64,000 nucleotides of DNA, taken from contig QEVJ01000010.1 in assembly GCA_003576845.1 (NCBI GenBank), positions 706 through 64,705 of the forward strand, written 5' to 3'. The notes beneath the pieces were generated by a model, which saw only the letters and a list, made by a program, of their open reading frames with translations, ran no database searches and was not told the origin of the DNA. The position numbers were made by a program, and so were the translations under genes. Source of the DNA: Planctomycetota bacterium (lineage in GTDB: Bacteria > Planctomycetota > Planctomycetia > Pirellulales > PLA5). Shown in pieces: positions 46,064 to 55,488 of the stretch (position 1 is the stretch's first letter; each line of letters begins with the position of its first letter).

Positions 46064-46442
46064 CCCAATTCCCAATGTTGTCACTGCACCAGATACGGGA
46101 CGGCGCGTCGTGCGGCCGGCGTGCCGACGTTGGGTGGGGCTTTCCGAACCCCCGCGTGAGGCAACCGCAAGCTCGCTGCGTAGGGAAATGACCGATACAG
46201 ACGGCACGGTTTCCTTCATCGTAATTGGTTCGCAACGGAATCGTCAACTATTTCGAGCAAAAAGCGTGCGAAAAACCGTTGACTCTGGTTTTTCGAACAG
46301 ACTTCGCGCTGTCTCGGTAGCCGGGTGTCCTTTTCACAGTCGCGAGGTTCGTTGTTGCTTTATTGGGCGACCGGTAGAATCGACGCGACGGCGGGCACAG
46401 CGTCCTCCGTGCGGCAAGTCAAATCTTGGAGGAAGTCGGGCC

Positions 46443-46943
46443 ATGAAATCACTTGGATTTGCGATCATCGGTCTGGCGTTGGTCAGCAGCGTGCCGGTGA
46501 CCGCCGTCGCGGCCGACGACGCGCCCTCGAAGGAAGCGGTGGTCGGAACCTGGGACGGCAAGGTCGAAGTCGACCTCGATCTGCTCAAGTCCGACGAGCG
46601 GTTTGGAAAACTTTCCGCCGAACAAGCTGAAACCTTGCTCCGTGTGCTCAAGGACACGCTTACCAAGACGACGATGAGCATCACCTTTGCCGCCGACGGG
46701 AAGGCTACCGGCGAGCTCAACGGGCCGGGGATTGCGGCCAAGGATCGTCCCAAAAAAGGCACGTGGACGATCGACGGCGGTGCGATCAAGGTCAAGGCGG
46801 CGACCAAGGATGACGCCAACAAGGAGTCGCAACGCGACATGGTGTTTACGTGGGTCGACGCGAAGACGATGACGATGGGTTTCCCGGCGAAGGACGGCAA
46901 GGAATGGCCCAAGGGGATCGCGTTCAAATTCACGAAGAAATAG
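46443..46943 (+). CDS. Small secreted protein (lipocalin-like beta-rich, hypothetical)
   Basis: ATG 46443. N-terminus MKSLGFAIIGLALVSSVPVTAVAA looks like a signal peptide. 'VVGTWDGKVEVD' and 'GTWTIDGGAIKVKA' are beta-strand motifs. 166 aa. Confidence 0.65.
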   Translation: MKSLGFAIIGLALVSSVPVTAVAADDAPSKEAVVGTWDGKVEVDLDLLKSDERFGKLSAEQAETLLRVLKDTLTKTTMSITFAADGKATGELNGPGIAAKDRPKKGTWTIDGGAIKVKAATKDDANKESQRDMVFTWVDAKTMTMGFPAKDGKEWPKGIAFKFTKK

Positions 46944-47005
46944 GCCTTCGAGCAATCCGGTCGGCGTGCGAATTGGTTCGCGCGAAAAAATCTCGCGGCG
47001 GAGGC

Positions 47006-47033
47006 TTGACGGTTTAGTGTTTTTTTGTATAGT
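47006..47033 (+). promoter_or_regulatory. Near-consensus sigma70-type promoter upstream of the DUF488 operon
   Basis: TTGACG (47006-47011), a 16-nt T-rich spacer, then TATAGT (47028-47033). It sits in a local AT-rich patch, 67 nt before ATG 47100. Confidence 0.45.
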
Positions 47034-47099
47034 TATCCAGGTGCGAGCGAATGTGCCGCGCCGGACGTGAGGGACGGTAACTTTTTTGCGAGCCACGCG

Positions 47100-47735
47100 A
47101 TGGACGCGCAGCCGACGTTGCCCAACGCGAACCGCGAGCGACTCCCGGGGGAGATTCTTTCCGTCGGGCACTCGAACCACGCGACCGACGCGTTTATCGC
47201 CCTGTTGTGGCGGCACGGGGTGGAGGTGCTGTGCGACGTCCGCTCGCATCCGGCGTCAGCATACGCGCATCAGTTCAACGAGCCGCAGCTTCGCGCCGAC
47301 CTGGAAGCGGCTGGACTGCGCTACCTGTTCCTGGGGCACCAGTTGGGCGGCCGGCCCGTCGGCGACGAGTATTACGACGACGCGGGGCACGTTTGCTATG
47401 ACCGGTTGGCCGAATCGGCCGAGTTCTTAGCGGGGATCAAGCGCATCGAGCGCGAGGCGGCGGTGCGCCGCGTCGCGATGATGTGCAGCGAGGAAGACCC
47501 CGCCGGTTGTCATCGCCGGCTGCTCGTGGCCCGCGTGTTGGAAGCACGCGGCGTCGCGGTGCGGCACGTGCGGGCCGACGGCCGCGTGCAGACGGAGGCC
47601 GACGTGGTCGCCGAGGAGGTGCAACGTAAGCTAGGGAGTCAGCGGACTTTGTTCGACGTCGTCGAGGCCGCGCCGTGGAAGTCTATACGATCGGTTTTAC
47701 CCAAACGTCGGCAGCGGACTTTTTCGGCCGATTGA
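47100..47735 (+). CDS. DUF488-family protein (long form)
   Basis: ATG 47100. 'ILSVGHSNH' is the N-terminal motif, and 'MMCSEEDPAGCHRRLLVARVL' is the C-x-E-x5-CHR DUF488 hallmark. 211 aa. The tail overlaps the next gene by 61 nt. Confidence 0.7.
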   Translation: MDAQPTLPNANRERLPGEILSVGHSNHATDAFIALLWRHGVEVLCDVRSHPASAYAHQFNEPQLRADLEAAGLRYLFLGHQLGGRPVGDEYYDDAGHVCYDRLAESAEFLAGIKRIEREAAVRRVAMMCSEEDPAGCHRRLLVARVLEARGVAVRHVRADGRVQTEADVVAEEVQRKLGSQRTLFDVVEAAPWKSIRSVLPKRRQRTFSAD

Positions 47736-48112
47736 GGTCGGCCGGAGTGCGGCGGCTCGTCGACGTGCGGCTCAATAACTCGTCGCAATTGGCGGCGTTC
47801 GCCAAGCGCGACGACCTGGGCTTTTTCCTCCGCGAACTTTGCGGCGCAGACTACGTTCACGAGCCGCTGTTGGCCCCCACGCAAGACATGCTCGACGCCT
47901 ACAAAAAGCAGCGCGGCGATTGGGCCGAGTACGAGCGGCGATACCTCGACTTGCTCTGCGTGCGAAAGGTCGAGACGCAGCTTGGGCGCGACTTATTCGC
48001 CGGGCCGACCGTGTTGTTGTGCAGCGAAGCCGAGGCGACGCATTGTCATCGCCGCTTGGCGCTCGATTATCTCAAGGAGTTTTGGCGCGACATGGAGGCG
48101 AAACACCTGTAG
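47675..48112 (+). CDS. DUF488-family protein (short form)
   Basis: GTG 47675. '(M)EVYTIGFTQT' and 'LLCSEAEATHCHRRLALDYL'. 145 aa. Confidence 0.7.
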   Translation: MEVYTIGFTQTSAADFFGRLRSAGVRRLVDVRLNNSSQLAAFAKRDDLGFFLRELCGADYVHEPLLAPTQDMLDAYKKQRGDWAEYERRYLDLLCVRKVETQLGRDLFAGPTVLLCSEAEATHCHRRLALDYLKEFWRDMEAKHL

Positions 48113-48193
48113 GGGAAAGTTTCAAGGCTCAAGGTTCAAGTCTCGAAAAGCGCGTTGAAGGTGCTGCGAGCGGGACCGTTAGGGAGCGAGGTC

Positions 48194-49042
48194 ATGACGG
48201 CGATCGATCTCGTGTGTCTGGCCAATTCGCGGAAGCATGGCGGACGGTGCGTCGCGGGGTGGCGGCCCGACGGCGCCGGTTTCGTGCGGCTCGTGTCGCC
48301 GCTGGCCGATGGCACGCTCACGCCGATCGACCTGCGGCTCGGCGGCGGCGTCGACGGTGGCGCTGGCGGCGGCGACGAACCGCGGATGTTCGACTTGCTT
48401 CGCGTGGGAGTCTCTGCGCCGCGGCCGATGCCGCATCAGCGCGAGAATTGGGTGATCGACGAGTCGCCGTGGCGGCTGTTGCGGCGGCCCGCTCCGCGAG
48501 CGATGCTCGAACGCCTCGCGCCTTGGTTCGAGCGGGGACCCGCCATTCTCGGCAGCAAACGTCCCGCGATCCCCTACGACGATTGCGTGCGGTCGCCCGT
48601 GGCGGCGTCGCTCGCCGTCGCCAAAGTCGAGCGGACCGTTCTCGTTGTCGGCGAGCGCCTCGGCCGCAAGCGATTGCGGCTGCGCTTCGCGCTCCGCGGC
48701 GCGGCGTATGAGTTGACGGTTACGGATCCGCTTTGGGAACGGGCGGTCGAGCGCTGGGAATGCGGTGAGTACGCGTGGTGGAAGATGTTCCCGCGGGGAC
48801 GCGATCCCGTCGTGACGCTGAGTCTGACGGAGCCGTTCGGCGACGCCCGCGAGTGTTTTAAGATCGTCGCGACGCTCTGGCCGGCTCCGGAGATGCGCGG
48901 ATTCCGCTGGCCGAAGCCGCGGGTCGATCGCCGAAAAGCCGGCCGCACGGTCGTTGCGGCACGCACGCGGCGCGACGATTCGGCCGCGCGGCCGCTGCTG
49001 GTTGGCGAAACGGCGTCGCGAGGCAGGATCAAACCGAGGTGA
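48194..49042 (+). CDS. Conserved hypothetical protein, third gene of the DUF488 operon (possibly a dual-OB-fold type protein; weak recollection)
   Basis: ATG 48194 preceded by AGGGAG (48181-48186). N-terminal 'LVCLANSRKHGGRCVAGW' motif. 282 aa. Confidence 0.6.
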   Translation: MTAIDLVCLANSRKHGGRCVAGWRPDGAGFVRLVSPLADGTLTPIDLRLGGGVDGGAGGGDEPRMFDLLRVGVSAPRPMPHQRENWVIDESPWRLLRRPAPRAMLERLAPWFERGPAILGSKRPAIPYDDCVRSPVAASLAVAKVERTVLVVGERLGRKRLRLRFALRGAAYELTVTDPLWERAVERWECGEYAWWKMFPRGRDPVVTLSLTEPFGDARECFKIVATLWPAPEMRGFRWPKPRVDRRKAGRTVVAARTRRDDSAARPLLVGETASRGRIKPR

Positions 49043-49105
49043 TGCAAGTCAACTCGCGGTGACGCCGAGTGGTGTGCTTTCGCAGGGCCCGTTAGCAATG
49101 CTGCC

Positions 49106-49741
49106 TTAGCGTGTCAGGTGCTTCGCCGCGTGAGCGCGGATTTCCTCGGCCACCGAGTCGACGGATTGCGACGCATCGACGACGACGATCTTGGCGTTGC
49201 GTCGAGCTTCGGCGAGAAAACCTTCTCGCAGTTTGCGGCGATAATCGCCGCCCCGTTTTTCGAGCCGGTCGGCGGTCCCGGCACGCCGCGCGTCCGCGGC
49301 ATCGCTGTCCATGTCGAGCAGGAACGTAAGCGTCGGCTCGACGTCTGCGGTGGCGATGCGACCGACGCGCCACAGTTCGTCGACATCGAGCCCGCCGGCG
49401 TGCCCTTGATAGACGACGTTGGCCAGGAGAAAGCGATCGGAGACGACGATTTTGCCCGCCGCGAGCGCGGGTGCGATCACTTCGGCGACGAGTTGTGCGC
49501 GGGCGGCCATGTAAAGGAGCATCTCGGCCCGCGGGGCGAGCGGAATCTCTTCGCGATGCAGCAGGATGTCGCGAATCGCCTCGCCGAGCGGCGTGCTGCC
49601 GGGATCGCGGCACGGCACCACGTCGCAGCCCGACGCGCGTAGCCAGGCGACGAACCGCTCGATCTGCGTCGACTTGCCGACGCCGTCGATGCCGTCGAAC
49701 GAGAAGAACGGCGAATCCGGCATTGCGGAGAGAGAGCTCAT
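49106..49741 (-). CDS. tmk: Thymidylate (dTMP) kinase
   Basis: 'FFSFDGIDGVGKSTQ' P-loop, 'RDPGSTPLGE', 'DRFLLANVVYQG'. ATG at 49741-49739, with an alternative ATG at 49723. Confidence 0.85.
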   Translation of the reverse strand: MSSLSAMPDSPFFSFDGIDGVGKSTQIERFVAWLRASGCDVVPCRDPGSTPLGEAIRDILLHREEIPLAPRAEMLLYMAARAQLVAEVIAPALAAGKIVVSDRFLLANVVYQGHAGGLDVDELWRVGRIATADVEPTLTFLLDMDSDAADARRAGTADRLEKRGGDYRRKLREGFLAEARRNAKIVVVDASQSVDSVAEEIRAHAAKHLTR

Positions 49742-49798
49742 GCCGCGATTCTATCGGCGGTTGGCATTCGAGCGAAGTGCCAGGACGCGGAAGGGCGG

Positions 49799-50794
49799 CT
49801 ATTTGCCGCGTTTATACCGGGCGAGCATGCGTTTGGCGCGAGCGACGACGATCTCCGCGAGTTCCGGCGGTTCGAGCACGAGGGCCTGATCGCCGTAGCC
49901 GAGAACCCACCAGGAAACCTCGCCCAAGCCGGAGACGTTTACCTGAAAGTCGAGCGACCCGTCGGCGTTCCACGCGAGGCGCTGCGTCTTGTGCCACGCG
50001 ACGTCGGCGACGTTGCGGGCGACGAGCTTGCTGAAGCGAATCGAGACGCGGCGGTTGGGTCCGCGTTCGGGGATCATGTGCCAGGCGTTGCGAAGGTAGC
50101 GTTCGAGGTTGAAGCCGCGCGGAATCTGATACCCGTCGTCGAGTTGCACGAGCGACAGAATTCGTCCGAGGTGAAACGTTCGCGTCGCGCGATGAAGCGA
50201 CGACCGACCGATGACGTACCACGCCCGTCGGCTGAACCAAAGCCGATAGGGGCTGAGCTTCGTCGCGATTTGCTTCCGCTCGGTAAAGCTGTCGTAGCGA
50301 ATCCGCACGGCGCGGCGGCGGGCGATCGCGTCGACCAACTGTTGGTAGGTTGCACGTTGCGACGCGAGGTCCGTCTCGTCAACGGCGGCGGCCAGCGGAC
50401 CGAGGCGAATATGAATCGCCCGGGTCATGCGCGCGAGCTGTTCGCGGAGGGCTGCGGGCAGGCTACTTTCGAGCTTGGCGGCCGCGCTCTTCGCCGCGTC
50501 GAAAAAGGCGACCTGTGCCCGGTGGCCGACTTCGTGGCAGAGAACGATAACGGCGAGGGCCTCTTCGGTCGTGAAGTTAGTGGGGGGCAGGTAAAAGGTG
50601 CCGGGGATGCGAAACCGCTCTTCGGAGACGTCGTAGTGCAGGGGCACGCCCGCATCGCGGAGCAAATCCAGATCGCGGAAGATCGTGCGGCGGCTTACGC
50701 GGCAGAGATCGGACAAAGCTCGCGCGTTATGCCCCCGGCCCGTCTGCAAATGGCCGAGCAACTGCAGCAGTCTTCGGATTCGGACCAGGTGCAT
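49799..50794 (-). CDS. HTH + WYL-domain transcriptional regulator (YafY-like)
   Basis: 'RLLQLLGHLQTGRGHNARALSDLCRVSRRTIFRDLDLLRDAGVPL' is the HTH. 'LSPYRLWFSRRAWYVIG' is the WYL-domain core. ATG at 50794-50792. Confidence 0.8.
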   Translation of the reverse strand: MHLVRIRRLLQLLGHLQTGRGHNARALSDLCRVSRRTIFRDLDLLRDAGVPLHYDVSEERFRIPGTFYLPPTNFTTEEALAVIVLCHEVGHRAQVAFFDAAKSAAAKLESSLPAALREQLARMTRAIHIRLGPLAAAVDETDLASQRATYQQLVDAIARRRAVRIRYDSFTERKQIATKLSPYRLWFSRRAWYVIGRSSLHRATRTFHLGRILSLVQLDDGYQIPRGFNLERYLRNAWHMIPERGPNRRVSIRFSKLVARNVADVAWHKTQRLAWNADGSLDFQVNVSGLGEVSWWVLGYGDQALVLEPPELAEIVVARAKRMLARYKRGK

Positions 50795-53177
50795 CGGCGA
50801 ACGTGCGGTTGTCGGTGAATTGCGTGTGCGCCGGCGGGCGGAGCACGTTGCTCGTCGACTTCAAGGCTTTGGGCAGCGGAGCGGCGGCGGCGTTGTCGTC
50901 GCGCGTGTTCGCACCGGTACCGACCGTGCCCCAGTCGAACTTCGCCGGCCGCACGCCGTTGACCTTCGAGCCGCCGGCCTTGCGCGCCGGACTGGCGTGG
51001 TTCGGCACGGAGCGCTTCGCGCGGCCGTCGCTCTTCGGGCCGACCGGGGCCGCTGCGTAGCTCGACGCCCGAACGCCGCCCCGCGAGGCGGTCTTCGGCA
51101 TCGGCGCCGCGGCGTCCGTGTCGGTCGGTTTGTCCGACGGCGTCTCACCCTTGGGCATTTCCGCCGGCGCGGGCAGCGTGTGGATATCCTCCGGCGTGGC
51201 ATCGCTGGGAACTTCCTCCAGAGTAACCTCGCCGTTTTCTCCCTGCAAAGATTTCCCGCGGCTGACGACCTCCGGCTGCGTGATGCCGTAGTCGAGGAAC
51301 ACGCTGGCGTCGCGCTGGCGAGCGAGGCGATGGGCGTCGAAGTAGGCCTTGCCCGGCCAGGGGCCTTCGGCGAGATGCACGCCGTTGTATTCGAGCAGCG
51401 AGTTCTTGCGGAAGTGGACGTTGAGGATCGCCGTGTTGTAGTTGACGAGCGTGCGGTAATACTCGGTGTCGGCGTCGGCCAGCCGGCGCTGGGCATCGAG
51501 CACGAGGTCGACCGTCGCCTCGGCCGTGCCCGCCTCGAAGCGAGCCACGACGGCATCGACCTGTTGCCGGGCCGCGATGCGGCGGTTGTAGGCGGTCCGA
51601 GCGACCACGTGGAAACCTTCCAGCTCACGGACGGCGTCGGCCATCTGGTGCGAGACTTCGAGTTCCTGGTCTTCGAGCATCGCCCGTTCGCGAGCGAGCA
51701 GCAGTTCGTGATTGCGCACGGTGAGCATTTCGCGGCGTCGGCCGAGGGCCATGCTGAAGTTCACGCCGAGTTGCCACGACTGGAAGTCGCCGTCGGTCAG
51801 CCGCTCGAAGGCGGACGAGCCGGTCAGGGCACTCGAACCGGAACGCTCCGTGTCGAGCCACTGGTCGCCCAGGCCTTCCCAACGATAGCGGGCGACGCCG
51901 TTGAGCTGCGGCAGGAGCAGATTCTTCGCGGCGACGAGTTCCAGCTCGCGCTGCTTGATCCGCCACCGCTGTTGACGCAACTCGACGCTACGGGCGAGGG
52001 CTTCGGCATGCACGTCCTGCCAGTCGAACTTGACGAGGGCCGTGGTCGGTTCGTCGGCCGGCTTGATGAGCCGTTCGTCCGTCGCGGCGAGGCCCATGAT
52101 GTAGCGGAGCCGCGATTCGCTGCGGTAGATTTCGGTGAGCGCGTTCTCCATCAAGCCGCGGAACAGGTAATACTGCTCTTTCGCCTGGGCGAGGCTTTCC
52201 GCGTTGCCGCGAGCGTCGCCGGCCGAGAAGAAGGCGTAAATCTTCTGCCACGTCGCCAAGGCACTGTCGCGGCCGGCGCGGGCGGCATCGAGGTTGCGAT
52301 ACGAGAAATACAAGTTCCAGTAGGCGAGCTCGACGTCGTTGACGAGATTTCGCACGCCGGCTTCGAAATCGGCAAGGCGGATATCGGTGCGAATGCGGCC
52401 GATGATCACGCCGTTGAAGTTGCCGGGTTGTCCTTCGGGACCGGCAATGCGATTCCAATTGACGCCGCCGCCTTGGAGCAACGGCTGCTCGATGCGGATG
52501 CCGAAAAGCTGGTTCCAGTCGCTCGGCACTTCGCGCGACGGGATGTTGTTCTGCTCGTAGCGGGTCGTCACTTCGAGCTGCGTCAATGTGCCCGCGGCGC
52601 CGCGCTTGCTAAGTTGCAACTGGCCCGTGCCGAGATCCTGTTCGAACGTGTTGGCAAAGAAGCTTCCCAGACCGCCGGAGATCAGGTTGTTTCGCGGGTT
52701 GGAGTTCTTTTCCCAGAACAGGCTCGTGCCCAACTGTGCATCGAACGCGCCCAAGGCCCATTCGGCGCTACCGCCGGGTACGGTTTCCTGAATCGCCGCC
52801 ATGTAGACCGACGGTATCGCGTCGGGATTGCGGAGCAGCGTGTCCGGCGAAGGTCCGGAGTTGCCGGGAATGATGCGGCCGCCGAGTTGGCGGAAGACCT
52901 TGCTGTTGGCCAGCGATAGCGAGACGGCCTCTTCGAGCGAAAGCGCCCAGATTTCCTTGCCGCCGGCGTTGGTGAGCGAGCGCGGCGCGTCGGGGTGCAG
53001 CACCTCGGCCAAATCGCTGTCGCAGACGTCCGGGTCGTCGAGGTCGGTGGCGGTTCCGACGTAGTGCGAGAGGTCGCCGTCCTCGATGAGGTAGAACGGT
53101 TGCTGCGGATGACAGCCGGCAAGCGCGGTCGCCGCAACGGTGAGCAAGACGCCAACGAGGTGCAATCGCCGTCGCAT
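50727..53177 (-). CDS. TolC-family outer membrane efflux protein with a long disordered C-terminal extension
   Basis: Internal ATG 53177-53175 gives MRRRLHLVGVLLTVAATALAGC, a lipoprotein-like signal. 'LSLEEAVSLSLANSKVF' is a TolC N-terminal motif. Two coiled-coil/beta repeats. The last ~200 aa are A/P/G/K-rich. Confidence 0.8.
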   Translation of the reverse strand: MRRRLHLVGVLLTVAATALAGCHPQQPFYLIEDGDLSHYVGTATDLDDPDVCDSDLAEVLHPDAPRSLTNAGGKEIWALSLEEAVSLSLANSKVFRQLGGRIIPGNSGPSPDTLLRNPDAIPSVYMAAIQETVPGGSAEWALGAFDAQLGTSLFWEKNSNPRNNLISGGLGSFFANTFEQDLGTGQLQLSKRGAAGTLTQLEVTTRYEQNNIPSREVPSDWNQLFGIRIEQPLLQGGGVNWNRIAGPEGQPGNFNGVIIGRIRTDIRLADFEAGVRNLVNDVELAYWNLYFSYRNLDAARAGRDSALATWQKIYAFFSAGDARGNAESLAQAKEQYYLFRGLMENALTEIYRSESRLRYIMGLAATDERLIKPADEPTTALVKFDWQDVHAEALARSVELRQQRWRIKQRELELVAAKNLLLPQLNGVARYRWEGLGDQWLDTERSGSSALTGSSAFERLTDGDFQSWQLGVNFSMALGRRREMLTVRNHELLLARERAMLEDQELEVSHQMADAVRELEGFHVVARTAYNRRIAARQQVDAVVARFEAGTAEATVDLVLDAQRRLADADTEYYRTLVNYNTAILNVHFRKNSLLEYNGVHLAEGPWPGKAYFDAHRLARQRDASVFLDYGITQPEVVSRGKSLQGENGEVTLEEVPSDATPEDIHTLPAPAEMPKGETPSDKPTDTDAAAPMPKTASRGGVRASSYAAAPVGPKSDGRAKRSVPNHASPARKAGGSKVNGVRPAKFDWGTVGTGANTRDDNAAAAPLPKALKSTSNVLRPPAHTQFTDNRTFADAPGPNPKTAAVARPFADGPGA

Positions 53178-53300
53178 CTGGAATATCCCTGGCCGAGGGG
53201 TGTACGGTTTTCCCGCGCGGCGAGCGAGCCTGCGGCGCGCACAGCCGAACGGTCCGTTGCCACAAAGGTCTCTGATGCAACGTCTACACGGCGAATCCGG

Positions 53301-53385
53301 GTGCCACTGCTGGCTCGTCCAGCAGTGCGATTCGCGTGGCGACTCAATCGGCAATTCTCACTGCTGGACAAGCCAGCAGTGGCAC
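53301..53385. repeat. Conserved double-hairpin element, copy 2
   Basis: Arm 53301-53327 is gtgccactgctggctcgtccagcagtg. Spacer of 31 nt. Arm 53359-53385 is cactgctggacaagccagcagtggcac. The spacer resembles that of copy 1 (gatt.gc...gcga.ctcaa.cggcaa.tct). Confidence 0.85.
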
Positions 53386-53617
53386 CCAGTCCCAAACCGA
53401 GTCGTGACGATGCTAGGCCCCCCTAGGCCAGCCGGTTTTTCGCGGCGGCGCAAAGCGTCGACGCGCAAATACGGCAAGCGGCAAGTCAGGTATCGGAATC
53501 GCCGCCGGTAAACTTTGGGGAATCGTTACATTCGAGCGATTCCCGCTCGCCGATGGAAATGACGCAGATTCCGCAGATTGCCGTGTTTTTCTCCGCAGGG
53601 TCAATCGGTACGGGCGA

Positions 53618-53704
53618 CGAACCGCAATGAAGCAAAGACGCAAAGGAACTCGCCAACGCCGTTCGGCGCCCTACGACTTTGCGTCTTTGGTGCTTTGCGG
53701 TTCG
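53618..53704. repeat. Paired-hairpin REP-like element (CTTTGCGTCTTTG type) just downstream of leuA
   Basis: Arm 53618-53645 is cgaaccgcaatgaagcaaagacgcaaag. Arm 53677-53704 is ctttgcgtctttggtgctttgcggttcg. Two complementary blocks of 13 and 8 nt. It begins 32 nt past the leuA stop. Confidence 0.75.
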
Positions 53705-53735
53705 ATCGCCCGCACGATAACGTTCCGGCCGGCAG

Positions 53736-55283
53736 TTACGCCTGGGCCTTGATCGGCGCGGGCGCGTCGCGGTAGACGGCGATGCGGTTCATGGCGTTGA
53801 GAAACGCCTTGACGCTGGCTTCGATGCTGTCGGTCGACACGCCGCGGCCCTTGTAGGTCTGGCCGTTGTATTCGACTTCGACCGTCACCTCGCCCTGCGC
53901 ATCCTTGCCGACCGTGACGCTTTGCACCTGAAACCGTCGGCAAACGACGGACAGCCCGGTGATCTTCTCGACCGCGAGAAACGCCACGTCGACGGGTCCG
54001 TCGCCGCATTCCATCGTCTCGGTCCGCTCTTCGTTGCCGCGGCGGAGCGTGAGCCGGACCTTCGGCGTGTGCCCCGTGCCGCAGACGATCTCGTACGACA
54101 CGAACGACCAGACGTCGGCGATTTCGTGAATCTGCTGTTCGATCAGCGCCGCAATGTCCCCGTCGTAGATTTCCTTCTTCTTGTCGGCGAGCACTTTGAA
54201 CTGCTCGAACACGGTTTGCAGTTGCTCGCCGGAGAGCCGATAGCCAAGCGCTCGGGCCCGATCGGCGAGCGCCGCCCGGCCGCTATGCTTTCCGAGGACG
54301 AGGTCGGTCTTGGCGAACCCGACGTCTTCGGGCCGCATGATTTCGTAGGTGCTGCGCTCCTTGAGCATGCCGTCCTGATGGATGCCGGCCTCGTGGGCGA
54401 ACGCGTTGCGGCCGACGATCGCCTTGTTCCGTTGGACTTGAATGCCGGTGATATTCGCCACGAGGCGGCTCGTCGGCACGAGGCGTTCGGTCTTTACGCG
54501 CGTATCGACGCCGTAAAAATCCTTGCGGGTCCGTAGGGCCATGACGACTTCTTCGAGCGCGGCGTTGCCGGCCCGCTCGCCGATGCCGTTGATGGTGCAC
54601 TCGATTTGCCCCGCGCCGGCCTGCACGCCGGCGAGACTGTTGGCGACGGCCAGACCCAGGTCGTTGTGGCAGTGCATCGAGATCACCGCCTTGTCGATAT
54701 TCGGCACGCGCTCGACCAGTGTGCGAATCACCTTGCCCATGTGCTCCGGCGTGGCATAACCGACGGTGTCGGGAATGTTCACGGTCGTGGCCCCGGCGGC
54801 GATCGCCGCTTCGACGACCTGGCAGAGGAAGTCCGGCTCCGTGCGGGCGGCGTCCTCGGGCGAGAACTCGATGTCGTCGCAATAGCCGGCCGCACGCTTT
54901 ACCCCGGCTACCGCTCGGGCGACGATCTCGTCCTTGTCCATCTTGAGCTTGAACTGGCGATGGATCGCGCTGGTGGCGAGAAACACGTGCAGCCGGGGGC
55001 GATCCGCCAGCTTGAGCGCGTCCCACGCTCGGTCGATATCGGCGTCGTTGCAGCGGCATAGCCCGGCGATCGTCGGGCCGTGAATCACGCGGGCGATTTC
55101 CTGCACCGCCTCGAAATCGCCGGGCGAAGCGATTGGAAATCCGGCCTCCATGATGTCGACGTTCAGATCGGCGAGGGCCTGAGCGACTTCCAGTTTCTCG
55201 GCCAGGTTCATGCTCGCCCCGGGCGATTGCTCGCCGTCGCGGAGCGTGGTGTCGAAGATACGAATCGTGCGTTCGGCAGACAT
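53736..55283 (-). CDS. leuA: 2-isopropylmalate synthase
   Basis: 'IFDTTLRDGEQSPG', 'HCHNDLGLAVANSLAG', 'GIGERAGNAALEEV', and a C-terminal LeuA regulatory domain. ATG at 55283-55281. Confidence 0.9.
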   Translation of the reverse strand: MSAERTIRIFDTTLRDGEQSPGASMNLAEKLEVAQALADLNVDIMEAGFPIASPGDFEAVQEIARVIHGPTIAGLCRCNDADIDRAWDALKLADRPRLHVFLATSAIHRQFKLKMDKDEIVARAVAGVKRAAGYCDDIEFSPEDAARTEPDFLCQVVEAAIAAGATTVNIPDTVGYATPEHMGKVIRTLVERVPNIDKAVISMHCHNDLGLAVANSLAGVQAGAGQIECTINGIGERAGNAALEEVVMALRTRKDFYGVDTRVKTERLVPTSRLVANITGIQVQRNKAIVGRNAFAHEAGIHQDGMLKERSTYEIMRPEDVGFAKTDLVLGKHSGRAALADRARALGYRLSGEQLQTVFEQFKVLADKKKEIYDGDIAALIEQQIHEIADVWSFVSYEIVCGTGHTPKVRLTLRRGNEERTETMECGDGPVDVAFLAVEKITGLSVVCRRFQVQSVTVGKDAQGEVTVEVEYNGQTYKGRGVSTDSIEASVKAFLNAMNRIAVYRDAPAPIKAQA

Positions 55284-55488
55284 AGCGAATGGTCCTTGGA
55301 TTTAGAAATTGATCGAGGGCAAATGAAGTGGAATCGAATGGCAGTCGCGCTCAGGCCGACCTCGCGGTCGGCCGACGCAACGCCAATCGTGCCCTCGCGG
55401 CCGCAAGCGTCCGCGGCCGGTTGTGGATTCGCGATGTCGGGGGAATGGACTGCATGGAACGATAACGTCAGCGGTGCGTGCGTAAACG

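Noticed and set aside
45953-46159. Short ORFs encoding 'HCWTSRQWHP', 'LLDKPAVAP' and 'ATAGLSSSE' peptides. The same peptides appear at 52995-53511.
   Set aside because: They are translations across the two copies of the double-hairpin repeat. The identical peptides arise from repeat DNA, not from conserved genes.
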